DNA of 64,000 nucleotides. Origin: Alphaproteobacteria bacterium. GTDB taxonomy: Bacteria > Pseudomonadota > Alphaproteobacteria > CALKHQ01. The position numbers and the translations under genes were made by a program. Location of the stretch: NCBI GenBank assembly GCA_965227515.1, contig CBDDFZ010000002.1, positions 224,001 to 288,000 of the forward strand, in the 5' to 3' direction. Under the pieces are notes generated by a model. It did not search any database and was not told the origin of the DNA. It was given only the letters and a program-made list of their open reading frames with translations. This document shows positions 1 through 10,004 of the stretch, one piece after another. Within the stretch, counting starts at the first letter, position 1. Every line of letters begins with the position of its first letter.

Positions 1-193
1 CGCCGCCGTGCGCGAGCGTCTGCTGGCGCCGGGGCCGATCTTCGACATCGTCCGGCGCGATGCGATGGAAGACCTGCTCGAAGCCGACCTGACCGACAAC
101 TCGTTCTCCAAGTTCGCGTTCAGCTTCGTCTCGGCCAAGCTGTTCCTGGAGAGCGACATCGCCGCCGGCGGCCTGCCCCAGATGGCGGCCTGA
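1..193 (+). CDS. C-terminal end of an asparagine synthase-like amidotransferase (5' truncated by window edge)
   Basis: Tail 'NSFSKFAFSFVSAKLFLE' resembles the C-termini of AsnB-like proteins in polysaccharide clusters; its TGA overlaps the next ATG (193). Confidence 0.55.
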   Translation, partial: AAVRERLLAPGPIFDIVRRDAMEDLLEADLTDNSFSKFAFSFVSAKLFLESDIAAGGLPQMAA

Positions 194-837
194 TGGCAAC
201 CATCGGCATCGTCGACTACGGGCTGGGCAATCTGCGCTCGGTGCGCGGCGCGGTGGAGCGGTTGGGCCACGAGGCCCAGGTGACCGCCGACGCCGATGCG
301 CTGGCGGCCGCCGACCGGCTGATCCTGCCCGGGGTGGGCGCGTTCGGCGACGGCATGAAGAACTTGCGCGCCCGTGGCCTCGACACCGCGCTGACCGCGC
401 TGGTGCGGGACGGCAAGCCGATCCTGGGCATCTGCCTCGGCTTCCAGCTCCTCGCCCGCGGCAGCACCGAGTTCGGCGAGCATGAGGGCCTGGGCTGGGT
501 GCCGGCCCATGTCGAGCGGCTGGCGCCGGCCGACACCACGTTGCGCGTGCCCCATGTCGGCTGGAACGACCTGGAGCAGACCAAGGCATCGCCGCTCTAC
601 GACGACGTGCCGGCGGAGGCGTTGTTCTACTACGTCCACAGCTACCGGATGGTGGCCGATAGCGACGAGATCGTTGTCGGCCGTTGCGACTACGGCGGCC
701 CCTTCGTCGCCGCCATCGCCCACGGCAACATCTTCGGCGTGCAGTTCCACCCGGAAAAGAGCCAGGCCCACGGGCTGACCCTGCTCGGCAACTTCCTCGA
801 CCTGCCGGCCGCCGCCATGGTGCGCGATGCTGCGTAG
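193..837 (+). CDS. hisH: HisH-family class I glutamine amidotransferase (glycan-cluster paralog 1)
   Basis: DYGLGN, LPGVGAF, LGICLG (catalytic Cys), VPHVGWN, YYVHSY, QFHPEKS (His-Glu). Confidence 0.93.
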   Translation: MATIGIVDYGLGNLRSVRGAVERLGHEAQVTADADALAAADRLILPGVGAFGDGMKNLRARGLDTALTALVRDGKPILGICLGFQLLARGSTEFGEHEGLGWVPAHVERLAPADTTLRVPHVGWNDLEQTKASPLYDDVPAEALFYYVHSYRMVADSDEIVVGRCDYGGPFVAAIAHGNIFGVQFHPEKSQAHGLTLLGNFLDLPAAAMVRDAA

Positions 838-1573
838 GCGCGTCATCACCGTGCTGACCTTCAACGACGGCGTGCTGTTCCGCACCAAGCTGTTCCGGCC
901 CGACTATCGCTACACGCTGAACTTCGTCGATGCCTGGTCGGTGGACGAGATCGTGGCGCTTGATGTGACCCGCCCGGGCGAGGGCGACCGCGCCAATTTC
1001 GAGCAAGTGGTGTCCGAGTTCGCCAGCCGCTGCTTCGTGCCGCTGGCAGCCGGCGGCGGCATCCGCAGCCTGGCAGATGTCGAGCGCCTGATGGCGGTGG
1101 GCGCGGACAAGGTGGTGGTGAACACCGGCGCGCTGGAGCGGCCCGAGCTGATCACCGAGATCGCGCAGGCCTATGGCGCCCAGTGCGTGGTGGTCTCCAT
1201 CGACGCCAAGCGCCACGAGGATGGCACGTACGAGGTGTTCGGCCGCTTCGGCGCCGAGCCCACCGGCAAGACGCCGGAGGATTGGGCGCGCGAGGCCGAG
1301 GCGCTGGGCGCCGGTGAGATCATGATCACCGCCATCGAGCGCGATGGGTCGCTGCAGGGCTATGACCTGGAGCTTAGCCGCGCGGTCGCCGATGCGGTCG
1401 GCATCCCGGTGCTGATCCTCGGCGGCTGCGGCACCTGGAAGCACATGGCCGAAGGCTTCCGCGAGGCCGACGCGGCGGCGGCCTGCACCCAGAACATCTA
1501 CCACTTCACCGAGACCAGCATTCACAGCGCCAAGCGCTATCTGGCCGGCCAGGGCATCGCGGTGCGTTCGTGA
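827..1573 (+). CDS. hisF: HisF-like cyclase-fold protein (WbuZ-type paralog 1)
   Basis: DEIVALD, AGGGIRS, GADKVVVNT, GAGEI, IERDG, GYDL motifs; overlaps the hisH stop. Confidence 0.9.
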   Translation: MLRRRVITVLTFNDGVLFRTKLFRPDYRYTLNFVDAWSVDEIVALDVTRPGEGDRANFEQVVSEFASRCFVPLAAGGGIRSLADVERLMAVGADKVVVNTGALERPELITEIAQAYGAQCVVVSIDAKRHEDGTYEVFGRFGAEPTGKTPEDWAREAEALGAGEIMITAIERDGSLQGYDLELSRAVADAVGIPVLILGGCGTWKHMAEGFREADAAAACTQNIYHFTETSIHSAKRYLAGQGIAVRS

Positions 1574-1583
1574 GCGATTGGGC

Positions 1584-2690
1584 ATGAAATACTGCAGCCA
1601 GTGCCTGATGCCGGACACCCGGCCGCGCGTGGTGTTCGACGCCGAGGGTGTGTGCAACGCCTGCCGCACCGCCGAGGAGAAGGCGGTCATCGACTGGGAC
1701 GCGCGCCGGGCCGAGTTCGATGCCTATGTCGAGCGGCTGCGCCCGGCCGGCGGCGCTTACGACTGCATCGTGCCCTGGTCCGGCGGCAAGGACTCCAGCT
1801 TTATCGCCTACAAGCTGAAGTTCGAGCTGGGGCTGAACCCGCTGCTGGTCACCTTCTCGCCGCTGATCCCGAACGAGGTCGGCGCCCACAATCGCGAGGC
1901 GCTGATCCGCGCCGGCTTCGACCACATCATGGTGCGGCCGAACCAGCATGTGTCGCGCCACCTGTGCCGCCGCTTCTTCACCGAGCGCGGCAACCCGAAG
2001 GTGCATTGGGACGCGGGCGTCAATTCGGCGCCGATGCAGGTCGCGGTCAAGTACCGCATTCCGCTGATCTTCTATGCCGAGCATGGCGAGAGCGAATATG
2101 GCGGCCACGTGCTGAGCGAGGAGCACAAGAAGATCCGCGACCTGACCGAGGTGCTGGAGCACCAGATCGGCGACCACCCGGACAACTGGGAAGACGAGGT
2201 GGCCGGCGACCGCGATCTGGAGCCCTACCGCTACCCCGACCTGGCCGACGTCGAGGCGCAGGGCGTGACCGCCATGTACTTCGCCTATTTCTTCCCGTGG
2301 GACATCCGCCAGAACTTCGACTACATCCGCGACAAGATCGACTTCCGCACCGCGCCGGGCGGCCGCACCGAGGGCACGTTCACCGACTTCGACAGCCTCG
2401 ATGACAAGGTCGACAACCTCTACTACTACCTGCAATACATCAAATTCGGCTTCGGCCGCGCGATCCGCGACGCCTCGCGGCAGATCCAGCGTGGCCACAT
2501 GACCCGGGAGACCGCGCTGGACCTGGTGCAGCGCTATGACGGCGAGCCGCCGGAAGCTTTCCTGGCCGAGACCCTGGACTACCTGGACATGGACGCCGGC
2601 ACGTTCTGGGAGACCATCGACCTGCACCGCAACCGCGAGATCTGGGAGCATTCCGGCAACCAGTGGCAGCTTCGGCATCCGCCGGAGTAG
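1584..2690 (+). CDS. N-acetyl sugar amidotransferase (WbuX/PseA/WbpG family) 1
   Basis: N-terminal CxxC..TRP..GVCxxC, YDCIVPWSGGKDS PP-loop, YIKFGFGRA motif. ATG at 1584. Confidence 0.92.
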   Translation: MKYCSQCLMPDTRPRVVFDAEGVCNACRTAEEKAVIDWDARRAEFDAYVERLRPAGGAYDCIVPWSGGKDSSFIAYKLKFELGLNPLLVTFSPLIPNEVGAHNREALIRAGFDHIMVRPNQHVSRHLCRRFFTERGNPKVHWDAGVNSAPMQVAVKYRIPLIFYAEHGESEYGGHVLSEEHKKIRDLTEVLEHQIGDHPDNWEDEVAGDRDLEPYRYPDLADVEAQGVTAMYFAYFFPWDIRQNFDYIRDKIDFRTAPGGRTEGTFTDFDSLDDKVDNLYYYLQYIKFGFGRAIRDASRQIQRGHMTRETALDLVQRYDGEPPEAFLAETLDYLDMDAGTFWETIDLHRNREIWEHSGNQWQLRHPPE

Positions 2691-2702
2691 GGTCGCGCAA
2701 AA

Positions 2703-3158
2703 TTGGATCAACTAAACTGTCCATCTCTTGACGTCTGGACTGCTCGATCAGATTGGTTCGATGAGTTGTTCGACGTGGAAAAACGAGGCGGTGGTTATGC
2801 TATGGGGGAACACTCCACAGGGCTCTTAGTTGATCTGCAAGCAATATTTTGTGCAGGAGCATTTATTTCAGTGATTATTGTATCATGCGCCGTCATAGAT
2901 GCACATTTCAGGGAGGTCGAGTTAGATCCAAAATTCGGTGGTGGGATCAAAGCCTCGTTTGCGTCCTCGGGGTCTTCAAAACTTGACGATCTTGAGTGGC
3001 TGCGAAACTTGAGAAACGAGCTTGTTCATCCAAATGTCCGAAAAGCTCCAGCCATTTCGGTCGACTCTCAATGGTCGAACCGGGCTGAACATGAACAAGA
3101 TGGTAGGCGCGCCATCAAATTGGTTGCAGACATTTTGTTTGAATTTCCTTTTGTCTGA
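2703..3158 (+). CDS. Hypothetical HEPN-like protein in an AT-rich insert
   Basis: Helical 151-aa ORF with 'AFISVIIVSCAVIDA' and C-terminal RNELVH (R-x4-H); base composition visibly more AT-rich than the flanks; TTG start uncertain. Confidence 0.6.
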   Translation: MDQLNCPSLDVWTARSDWFDELFDVEKRGGGYAMGEHSTGLLVDLQAIFCAGAFISVIIVSCAVIDAHFREVELDPKFGGGIKASFASSGSSKLDDLEWLRNLRNELVHPNVRKAPAISVDSQWSNRAEHEQDGRRAIKLVADILFEFPFV

Positions 3159-3193
3159 AACAGCTTAACCTCTCGCAACAACCTGCACCTCAA

Positions 3194-4060
3194 ATGACCG
3201 ACTACCAAGACTTCCCCTGTGACGTGTGCGGCGCCGACGATGCCGCCGAGATCGAGATCGCGCGGCACTACATGGACGGCCAGCAACTGCATGTCTGCCG
3301 TGGCTGCGGCTTCGTCCACGTGCGCAGCCGCCGGTCCGCCCAGGCTATTGCCGATGCCTGGTCGGACGACCTCTACCAGCGCAAGTACACCGCCCGCATA
3401 CCGGCGGTGCGCGCCCGCCAGGTCTATGTCGCGGAGTTCATGGACACCGAGATCGGGGTGCGCGGCAAGTCGGTCTGCGACATCGGTGCCGGCGAGGGCC
3501 TGTTCCTCGACATGCTGCGCGAAGCCCCGTACGACGCCGATGTGTTCGGCATCGAGCCCTCGGCCGCCAACGGCAACCTGATGGACTCCCAGGACATTCC
3601 GAACACCGTCGGCACCATCGAGAGCTACATCGACACGCCGGGCCACCGCACCGGCTTCGATATCGCCACCATCATTTGGACGCTGGAGAATTGTCAGTCG
3701 GCCAAGACCATGTTGGACGGCGCGCACCATCTGCTGGCGGGCAACGGCCATATGGTGGTGGCCACCGGCAGCCGCGTGCTGGTGCCGTTCAAGAAGCCGC
3801 TGCAGTACTACCTGGGCCCGAACGCGGCCGACACCCATGCCTTCCGCTTCTCGGCCAACACCCTCCGGCGGGCGATGGCCAACAGCGGCTTCGAGACCGT
3901 GCGGATCAACCGCTATATCGACACCGACGTGCTGGTGGCCATCGGCCGCAAGTCCGAGACGCCGGTCGATGCCAGCGCCTACCGCGACGACTGGCGGGAG
4001 GTGCTCGACTTCTTCAACCGCTGGCATGCCGAGACCCAGGCCCATTACAGCGATGTCTGA
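3194..4060 (+). CDS. Class I SAM-dependent methyltransferase with N-terminal Zn-ribbon
   Basis: CDVC...CRGC; VCDIGAGEG motif I. Confidence 0.88.
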   Translation: MTDYQDFPCDVCGADDAAEIEIARHYMDGQQLHVCRGCGFVHVRSRRSAQAIADAWSDDLYQRKYTARIPAVRARQVYVAEFMDTEIGVRGKSVCDIGAGEGLFLDMLREAPYDADVFGIEPSAANGNLMDSQDIPNTVGTIESYIDTPGHRTGFDIATIIWTLENCQSAKTMLDGAHHLLAGNGHMVVATGSRVLVPFKKPLQYYLGPNAADTHAFRFSANTLRRAMANSGFETVRINRYIDTDVLVAIGRKSETPVDASAYRDDWREVLDFFNRWHAETQAHYSDV

Positions 4061-4781
4061 CCTGGCGGAGACCCTCGGCGTGTCGGTGACGCCGCAGCCG
4101 TTCGAGACGGCCATTTTCGGCGCGCCGGTCTGGCGGCTGGATGTAGTGGACGGTAGCGCGGGGCTGGCGCGGGCGGCACTGCGGGCCGTGGTCGATGACG
4201 CCCGCCGCCAGGACGTGGCGTTGGTAAGCTGCCGGGTGCCGGCGGACAGCGCGTCTGACGCGCCGCTGACCGGGGCAGGTTTCCGCCATGTCGAGCGCCT
4301 GCTGACCTTCGAGCGCCCCCTGGACGACGGGCCCACGGTGCCGGCCGACCTCGCCACCCCGGAAGAGGCCGATGCGGTGGCCGAGATCGGCGCCTCTACG
4401 TTCAGCCACGACCGCTATCACGCCGACCCCGCGCTGTCGGATGCCGCCGCCGACGAGATCAAGCGCCAGTGGGTGCGCAATGGCGTTGCCGGGCGGGCGG
4501 ATGCGCCCATCGTGGCGCGGGTGGACGGCGCCATCGCCGGCTTCAATCTGTGCATGCGGCGCGGCGATATGGCGGTGATCGACCTGATCGGCGTTGCCGC
4601 CGCCTATCGACGGCGCGGCATCGGCCGCCGGCTGGTGCGCGCGGCGCTCGGCCACTATGCCGGCGTGTGTGCGCGGATGCGGGTCGGCACCCAGGCGGCC
4701 AACGCGCCCTCCATCGCGCTCTATCGCGGCGAGGGTTTCGCGCAAGTGGAGGCCGCCGACACCTATCACTGGACGCCTTGA
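4053..4781 (+). CDS. GNAT N-acetyltransferase (WecD-like)
   Basis: IDLIGV, RRRGIG acetyl-CoA motif, VGTQAAN..SIALY..GF; ATG at 4053 overlaps the upstream stop. Confidence 0.85.
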   Translation: MSDLAETLGVSVTPQPFETAIFGAPVWRLDVVDGSAGLARAALRAVVDDARRQDVALVSCRVPADSASDAPLTGAGFRHVERLLTFERPLDDGPTVPADLATPEEADAVAEIGASTFSHDRYHADPALSDAAADEIKRQWVRNGVAGRADAPIVARVDGAIAGFNLCMRRGDMAVIDLIGVAAAYRRRGIGRRLVRAALGHYAGVCARMRVGTQAANAPSIALYRGEGFAQVEAADTYHWTP

Positions 4782-4785
4782 GCCG

Positions 4786-5796
4786 TTGGCGCTTTCCAAG
4801 TCACTCAAGATTGGCGTCGTCGGCCTCGGCGTCGGTGAGCAGCACGTCATCGGCTACAACGCCATCGACGGCTGCGAGGTCGTCGCGGTCGCCGACGTCG
4901 ACCCGGAGAAGCTCAAGACCGTGGCGGACCGTCAGGACGTGCCCGAACGCCATGCCGACTACCGCGCGGTCACCGAGCATCCCGATATCGACGTGGTTTC
5001 GATCTGCTCGTACGACGATGCCCATGCCGACCAGGCGGTCTCGGCCCTCAACCACGGCAAGCACGTCATGGTCGAAAAGCCGATCGCGCTCGACCGGCGG
5101 GACGCGGCGCGCATCGCCCAGGCCCATGCCGACAGCGGCAAGCGGCTGTCGTCCAACCTCATCCTGCGCCACAGTCCGCGCTTCCGCGCGGTCAAAGAGA
5201 TGGTGGCGGCCGGCGACTTCGGCGACGTGTTCTATGCCGAGGGCGACTACATCCACCAAATCCTGTGGAAGATCACCGAGGGTTGGCGCGGCAAGATGGG
5301 CTTCTACTGTGTCACCTATGGCGGCGGCATCCACCTGATCGACCTGATGCGCTGGATATTGGACGACGAGGTGACGGAAGTGGCCGCCATGGGCGCCAAG
5401 CTGCTGACCGCCGATGCGGATTTTCCCGGCCCGGACACCATGACCAGCCTGCTGAAGTTCGAGCGCGGTGCGATGGCGAAGTCGACCACCACCTTCGGCC
5501 CGCAACGCCGCCAGATCCACACCCTCAACGTCTATGGCACCAGGCTCTCGTTCGAGAACGGCATCCCGGACGCGCGCCTGTTCCGCGGCGACCAGCCGGA
5601 GGACGAGGCGGCGATGACGGTGCCCTATCCGGCGATAAACAAGTTCGACCTGCTGCCGGACTTCGTCGATGCCATCCGCCAGGACCGCGAGCCCAATGTG
5701 TCGGCGCGCGACGTGTTCCGCGTGATGGACATCTGTTTCGCAGCGTGGGAGGCGGCCAGCACCGGCCGCACGGTCAAGGTGGACTATCTAGTATGA
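4786..5796 (+). CDS. Gfo/Idh/MocA family oxidoreductase
   Basis: GVVGLG, HVMVEKP, GGGIHLIDL; start approximated at TTG 4786. Confidence 0.9.
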   Translation: MALSKSLKIGVVGLGVGEQHVIGYNAIDGCEVVAVADVDPEKLKTVADRQDVPERHADYRAVTEHPDIDVVSICSYDDAHADQAVSALNHGKHVMVEKPIALDRRDAARIAQAHADSGKRLSSNLILRHSPRFRAVKEMVAAGDFGDVFYAEGDYIHQILWKITEGWRGKMGFYCVTYGGGIHLIDLMRWILDDEVTEVAAMGAKLLTADADFPGPDTMTSLLKFERGAMAKSTTTFGPQRRQIHTLNVYGTRLSFENGIPDARLFRGDQPEDEAAMTVPYPAINKFDLLPDFVDAIRQDREPNVSARDVFRVMDICFAAWEAASTGRTVKVDYLV

Positions 5797-6956
5797 CGGA
5801 AACGCCCGCGCGCAACATTCCGTTCGGCAAGCCGATGCTGGGCGACGCCGAGCGCGCGGCGGTCGCCGAAATACTGAGCGGCACGCAACTGGTGCACGGC
5901 CCGGCGGCGGCGGCGTTCGAGCGCGCGTTCGCGGCGCGGGCCGGGGTGGCCCATGCCGTTTCGGTGTCGTCGTGCACCGCCGCCCTCCATTTGTCGCTGT
6001 TCGTCAGCGGCATCGGCCCCGGCGACGAGGTGATCGTGCCGGCGATGACCCATGTCGCAACGGCCCATGCGGTGGAGTTCTGCGGTGCCACGCCGGTGTT
6101 CGCCGATGTGCTGCGCGACAGCGGCAACATCGACCCGGACGCGGTGGCGGCAGCGATCACGCCCAAGACTCGCGCCATCATGGTGGTGCATTATCTGGGG
6201 CTGCCCTGCGACATGGACCGGTTGCGCGCGCTGGCGGCCGACGCCGGTGCGTTGGTGGTGGAGGACTGCGCGCTGGCCGTCGACGCCACCTACGATGGGC
6301 GCAAGGCCGGCGGGTTGGGCGATATCGGCTGCTTCTCGTTCTATCCGGTCAAGCACATGACCACGCTGGAAGGCGGCATGGCGACCACCGACAACGACGA
6401 ACTGGCCGCCGCCATTCGCAAGCGCAAGGCATTCGGCTACGACCGCATGCTGGGCGAGCGCGCCAAGCCCGGCATCTATGACGTCGACGAGCTGGGCTAC
6501 AACTACCGCATGAACGAGGTGCAGGCCGCCATCGGGCTGGCGCAGCTCGACCGGCTGGACGGCTTCCAGAAAAGGCGGCGCGAGAACTTCACGGTGCTGT
6601 CCGAGCGCCTGGCGCAATCTCCCGATATCACCGTGTTCGCACCCGCCCAGGGCAAGGCGGTATCCTCGCACTACTGCCTGAACGCGGTGCTGCCGGCCGA
6701 CGGCCGCATCGACCGCGATGCGGTTGTCGCCACGCTGAAGGCCAAGGGCGTCGGCTCCAGCGTGCACTATCCGGTGGCGGTGCCGCTGATGCGCTATTAC
6801 CGCGACAAGTACGGCCATGCCGACGGCGCCTTCCCGGTTGCCGAGTGGCTGGCGGCCCAGACAATTTCGCTGCCGGTCGGGCCGCACATGGATGCGGACG
6901 ACGCGGCCTATGTCGGCGATGCGGTGGTCGCCGCCGTCGCAGAGGGAGGTTCATGA
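5793..6956 (+). CDS. DegT/DnrJ/EryC1/StrS PLP-dependent sugar aminotransferase
   Basis: SSCTAALHL, GPGDEVIVP, VEDCA, SFYPVKHMTTLEGG (PLP Lys), GYNYRM. Confidence 0.93.
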   Translation: MTETPARNIPFGKPMLGDAERAAVAEILSGTQLVHGPAAAAFERAFAARAGVAHAVSVSSCTAALHLSLFVSGIGPGDEVIVPAMTHVATAHAVEFCGATPVFADVLRDSGNIDPDAVAAAITPKTRAIMVVHYLGLPCDMDRLRALAADAGALVVEDCALAVDATYDGRKAGGLGDIGCFSFYPVKHMTTLEGGMATTDNDELAAAIRKRKAFGYDRMLGERAKPGIYDVDELGYNYRMNEVQAAIGLAQLDRLDGFQKRRRENFTVLSERLAQSPDITVFAPAQGKAVSSHYCLNAVLPADGRIDRDAVVATLKAKGVGSSVHYPVAVPLMRYYRDKYGHADGAFPVAEWLAAQTISLPVGPHMDADDAAYVGDAVVAAVAEGGS

Positions 6957-8035
6957 CCGACAGCTTCGACTACAACGATGTCGTCAGGAAACTGGCCGGC
7001 GAGCGCGTGATGCTGGTCGGCGGGGCGGGCTTCATCGGCCACAACCTGGCGCTGGAGCTCAGGCGGGTCGGGGTGGAGACCATGGTGGTCGACAACCTGA
7101 TGGTGAACAGCCTGATCGAGAGTGTCTACGACACCGACAGTGCGATGGTGCAGGCGCGCGCCTACCTGAACTTCCTGCTCGACCGCTTCAAGATGATGCG
7201 CGACGCAGGCGCGGAATTGCGCAATGCCGATGCCCGCCTGGTCGGCGACGTGGCGCGGGTGTTCAACGAGTTCCGGCCGACCAAGGTGGTGCACCTGTCG
7301 GCCATCGCCAGCGCGGTCGATGCGCGGCAGAACCCCGGGCTGTGCTTCGACCTGCAGCTCGTCACCCTGCGCAACGTGCTGGAGCAGTGCCGGCTGGTGC
7401 ACGACCAGGTCAACCAGGTCATGTTCCTCAGCTCCAGCACGGTCTACGGCGACTTCGAGAGCGATACGGTGGACGAGAGCACGCGGCCTCGCCCGCGCGG
7501 CATCTACGCCAATGCCAAGTACATGGGCGAGCGGCTGGTGCGCACCTATCACCACCAGAATGGCATCGGCACCACGATCATTCGGCCGAGCGCACTCTAC
7601 GGCGAGCGCTGCAAGTCGCGGCGGGTGAGCCAGGTGTTCATCGAGAATGCGCTGGTCGGCAAGCCGCTACTGCTGGAAGGTGGTGGCGACGGCAAGCTCG
7701 ACTTCACCTATATCCGCGACCTAGTCGAGGGCATGGTGCGCGCGCTGGCGCTGCACAAGGGCCGTGGCAGCTCGGAGACCTTCAACCTCACCTTCGGCAA
7801 TGCGCGTACCATCGCCGAACTGGCCGCGATCGTGAAGGAAGTGGTGCCCGAGGCGATCCTGGAGGAGCGGCCGCGCGCCCAGGACAAGCCGATCCGCGGC
7901 ACGCTGTCGACAGACCGGGCCCGCGATATTCTCGGCTTCGTGCCGCAATGGCCGCTCGACAAGGGCTACCGCGCGTACTGCCAGTGGTATGTCGACCAGT
8001 GGCGGCGCGCCGAACGGGACATCAAGGCGAATTGA
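6953..8035 (+). CDS. NAD-dependent epimerase/dehydratase (extended SDR)
   Basis: GGAGFIG, SSSTVYGD, YANAK, DFTYI.D; RBS GGAGG upstream. Confidence 0.92.
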   Translation: MTDSFDYNDVVRKLAGERVMLVGGAGFIGHNLALELRRVGVETMVVDNLMVNSLIESVYDTDSAMVQARAYLNFLLDRFKMMRDAGAELRNADARLVGDVARVFNEFRPTKVVHLSAIASAVDARQNPGLCFDLQLVTLRNVLEQCRLVHDQVNQVMFLSSSTVYGDFESDTVDESTRPRPRGIYANAKYMGERLVRTYHHQNGIGTTIIRPSALYGERCKSRRVSQVFIENALVGKPLLLEGGGDGKLDFTYIRDLVEGMVRALALHKGRGSSETFNLTFGNARTIAELAAIVKEVVPEAILEERPRAQDKPIRGTLSTDRARDILGFVPQWPLDKGYRAYCQWYVDQWRRAERDIKAN

Positions 8036-8724
8036 CGACTGCCTTGATATTCGCGCGGATGGATTCCCGGCGTTTGCCGGGCAAGGTGCTGGCCGACCTG
8101 GGCGGCAAGCCGTTGCTGGCGCGCGTGGTTGACCGGATGGCGCTGGCCACCCGCGTGGACCGGCTGATCGTCGCCACCTCCGACCGGGCCGTCGACGCGC
8201 CGGTGGCGGCGTGGGCGGACGACAACGGCCTCGCCTGCTTCCGGGGCGATGTGGACGACGTGGCCGGGCGTGCGCTTGCCTGCTGCCGGGCCGAGGGGCT
8301 GGATGCGTTCGTGCGCATCAGCGGCGACAGCCCGTTCATCGATCCCGATGTGGTGGATGCCGTGTGCGCGCGCTTCGACGAGGACGGGCCAGACATCGCG
8401 ACAAACGTGCATCCGCGCACCTTTCCGCCTGGCGTCAGCGCCGAGGCGATCTCGGTCGCGGCACTGACCCGTGCGATGGAGAACCCCGGGCCCGGCGACC
8501 GCGAGCACGTCACCACCGCGTTCTACGACGCACCGGCGCGCTGGCACATCGCCAACGTGGAGTCCGGCCGTGACTTTGCCGGGCTCAGGCTGACCGTGGA
8601 CGAGCCGGCGGACCTAGACCGCGCGCGGCGCATCCTGGCGGGGGCCGGTTCGGCACCCGAGCGGCTTTCGCTGGACCAGATCGCGGCACTGGCGGCCGAT
8701 ACCACCGAGATGGCGGCGCAATGA
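8032..8724 (+). CDS. SpsF-like cytidylyltransferase 1
   Basis: ARMDSRRLPGKVL, FRGD.DDV, RISGDSP, REHVT, LTVD...D; TTG start overlaps the upstream TGA. Confidence 0.88.
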   Translation: MTTALIFARMDSRRLPGKVLADLGGKPLLARVVDRMALATRVDRLIVATSDRAVDAPVAAWADDNGLACFRGDVDDVAGRALACCRAEGLDAFVRISGDSPFIDPDVVDAVCARFDEDGPDIATNVHPRTFPPGVSAEAISVAALTRAMENPGPGDREHVTTAFYDAPARWHIANVESGRDFAGLRLTVDEPADLDRARRILAGAGSAPERLSLDQIAALAADTTEMAAQ

Positions 8725-10004
8725 GCGGCAACGGCCAGCTCGCGATCCTGGGCGGCACGCCGGTGATCGACGGGCCGCTGCCGCCCTATCGCTCGATGGG
8801 CGAGGGCGAGCGCCGGGCAGTGCTGGAGGTCATGGACTCAGACTGCCTGTCCGGCTTCTACGGCAGCCCGGGACCGGAGTTCCACGGTGGCCCGCAGATC
8901 CAGTCCTTCGAGGCCGAATGGCGCGCCTTTTACGGCGTCGAACACGCCATCAGCGTCAACTCCGCCACCTCTGGGCTCTATGCCGCCATCGGCGCGCTCG
9001 GCATCGGCCCCGGCGACGAGGTGATCGTGCCGCCGTGGACCATGTCGGCCTCGGTGATGGCGCCGCTGATCTATGGCGCGCTGCCGGTGTTTGCCGACAT
9101 CGAGGACGAGACCTTCGGGCTCGACCCGGCGGCAGTGGAAGCCGCGGTCACGCCGCGCACCCGTGCTATCGTAGCGGTGAACCTGTTCGGCCATGCCGCC
9201 CGTCTGGGTGAGTTACGCGCCATCGCCGACCGGCATGGCCTGGCGCTGATCGAGGACAACGCCCAGGCGCCGCTGGGCATGGACAACGGTCGCCGCACCG
9301 GCACCGTCGGCGATATCGGCGTGTTCAGCCTGAACTACCACAAGCACATCCACACCGGTGAGGGCGGCATCTGCGTTACCGACGACGCCGGACTGGCCGA
9401 GCGGCTGGCCCGCATTCGCAACCACGCCGAGAACGTGGTCGACCCCGACGATGCGGCCGGCCTGGTCAACATGATCGGCTTCAACTACCGGATGACCGAG
9501 CTGAGTGCGGCCATCGGCCGGGTCCAACTCGGCGATATCGAGCGTCATGTCGCGGGGCGCGAAGCGCTGGCGGGAGCGGTCTCGGACGGGCTGGCCGACC
9601 TGGAGGGCGTGACTGTTCCCCATGTCCGCGATGGTTGCCGTCACAACTACTACTGCTGGACCGCCCGGCTGGACGAGGCCGCACTCGGCGTCAGCCGGCG
9701 CCAGTTCAGCCGCGCTCTCGCCGCCGAGGGGTTTCCCCACGCCACCGGCTACCTGGCGCCGCTCTATGAGCTGCCGGTGTTCAAGCACCGCATCGCCATC
9801 GGGGCGGATGGCTATCCGTTCAATACGGGCGACGTGCGCTACGAGACCGGCATGTGCCCGGTGACCGAACGGCTGCACCGGTCCGAGGCGTTGTTGTTCG
9901 AGCCGTGCAGCATGGCGCTCAGCGACGGGCTCGCCGACCGGCTGGTGACTGCGTTCCGCAAGGTCCATGCCAATCGCGGCGAACTGCGCAAGCTGAACGA
10001 CTGA
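8721..10004 (+). CDS. DegT family aminotransferase
   Basis: NSATSGL, IEDNAQA, SLNYHKHIHTGEGG, GFNYRMTE. Confidence 0.92.
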   Translation: MSGNGQLAILGGTPVIDGPLPPYRSMGEGERRAVLEVMDSDCLSGFYGSPGPEFHGGPQIQSFEAEWRAFYGVEHAISVNSATSGLYAAIGALGIGPGDEVIVPPWTMSASVMAPLIYGALPVFADIEDETFGLDPAAVEAAVTPRTRAIVAVNLFGHAARLGELRAIADRHGLALIEDNAQAPLGMDNGRRTGTVGDIGVFSLNYHKHIHTGEGGICVTDDAGLAERLARIRNHAENVVDPDDAAGLVNMIGFNYRMTELSAAIGRVQLGDIERHVAGREALAGAVSDGLADLEGVTVPHVRDGCRHNYYCWTARLDEAALGVSRRQFSRALAAEGFPHATGYLAPLYELPVFKHRIAIGADGYPFNTGDVRYETGMCPVTERLHRSEALLFEPCSMALSDGLADRLVTAFRKVHANRGELRKLND

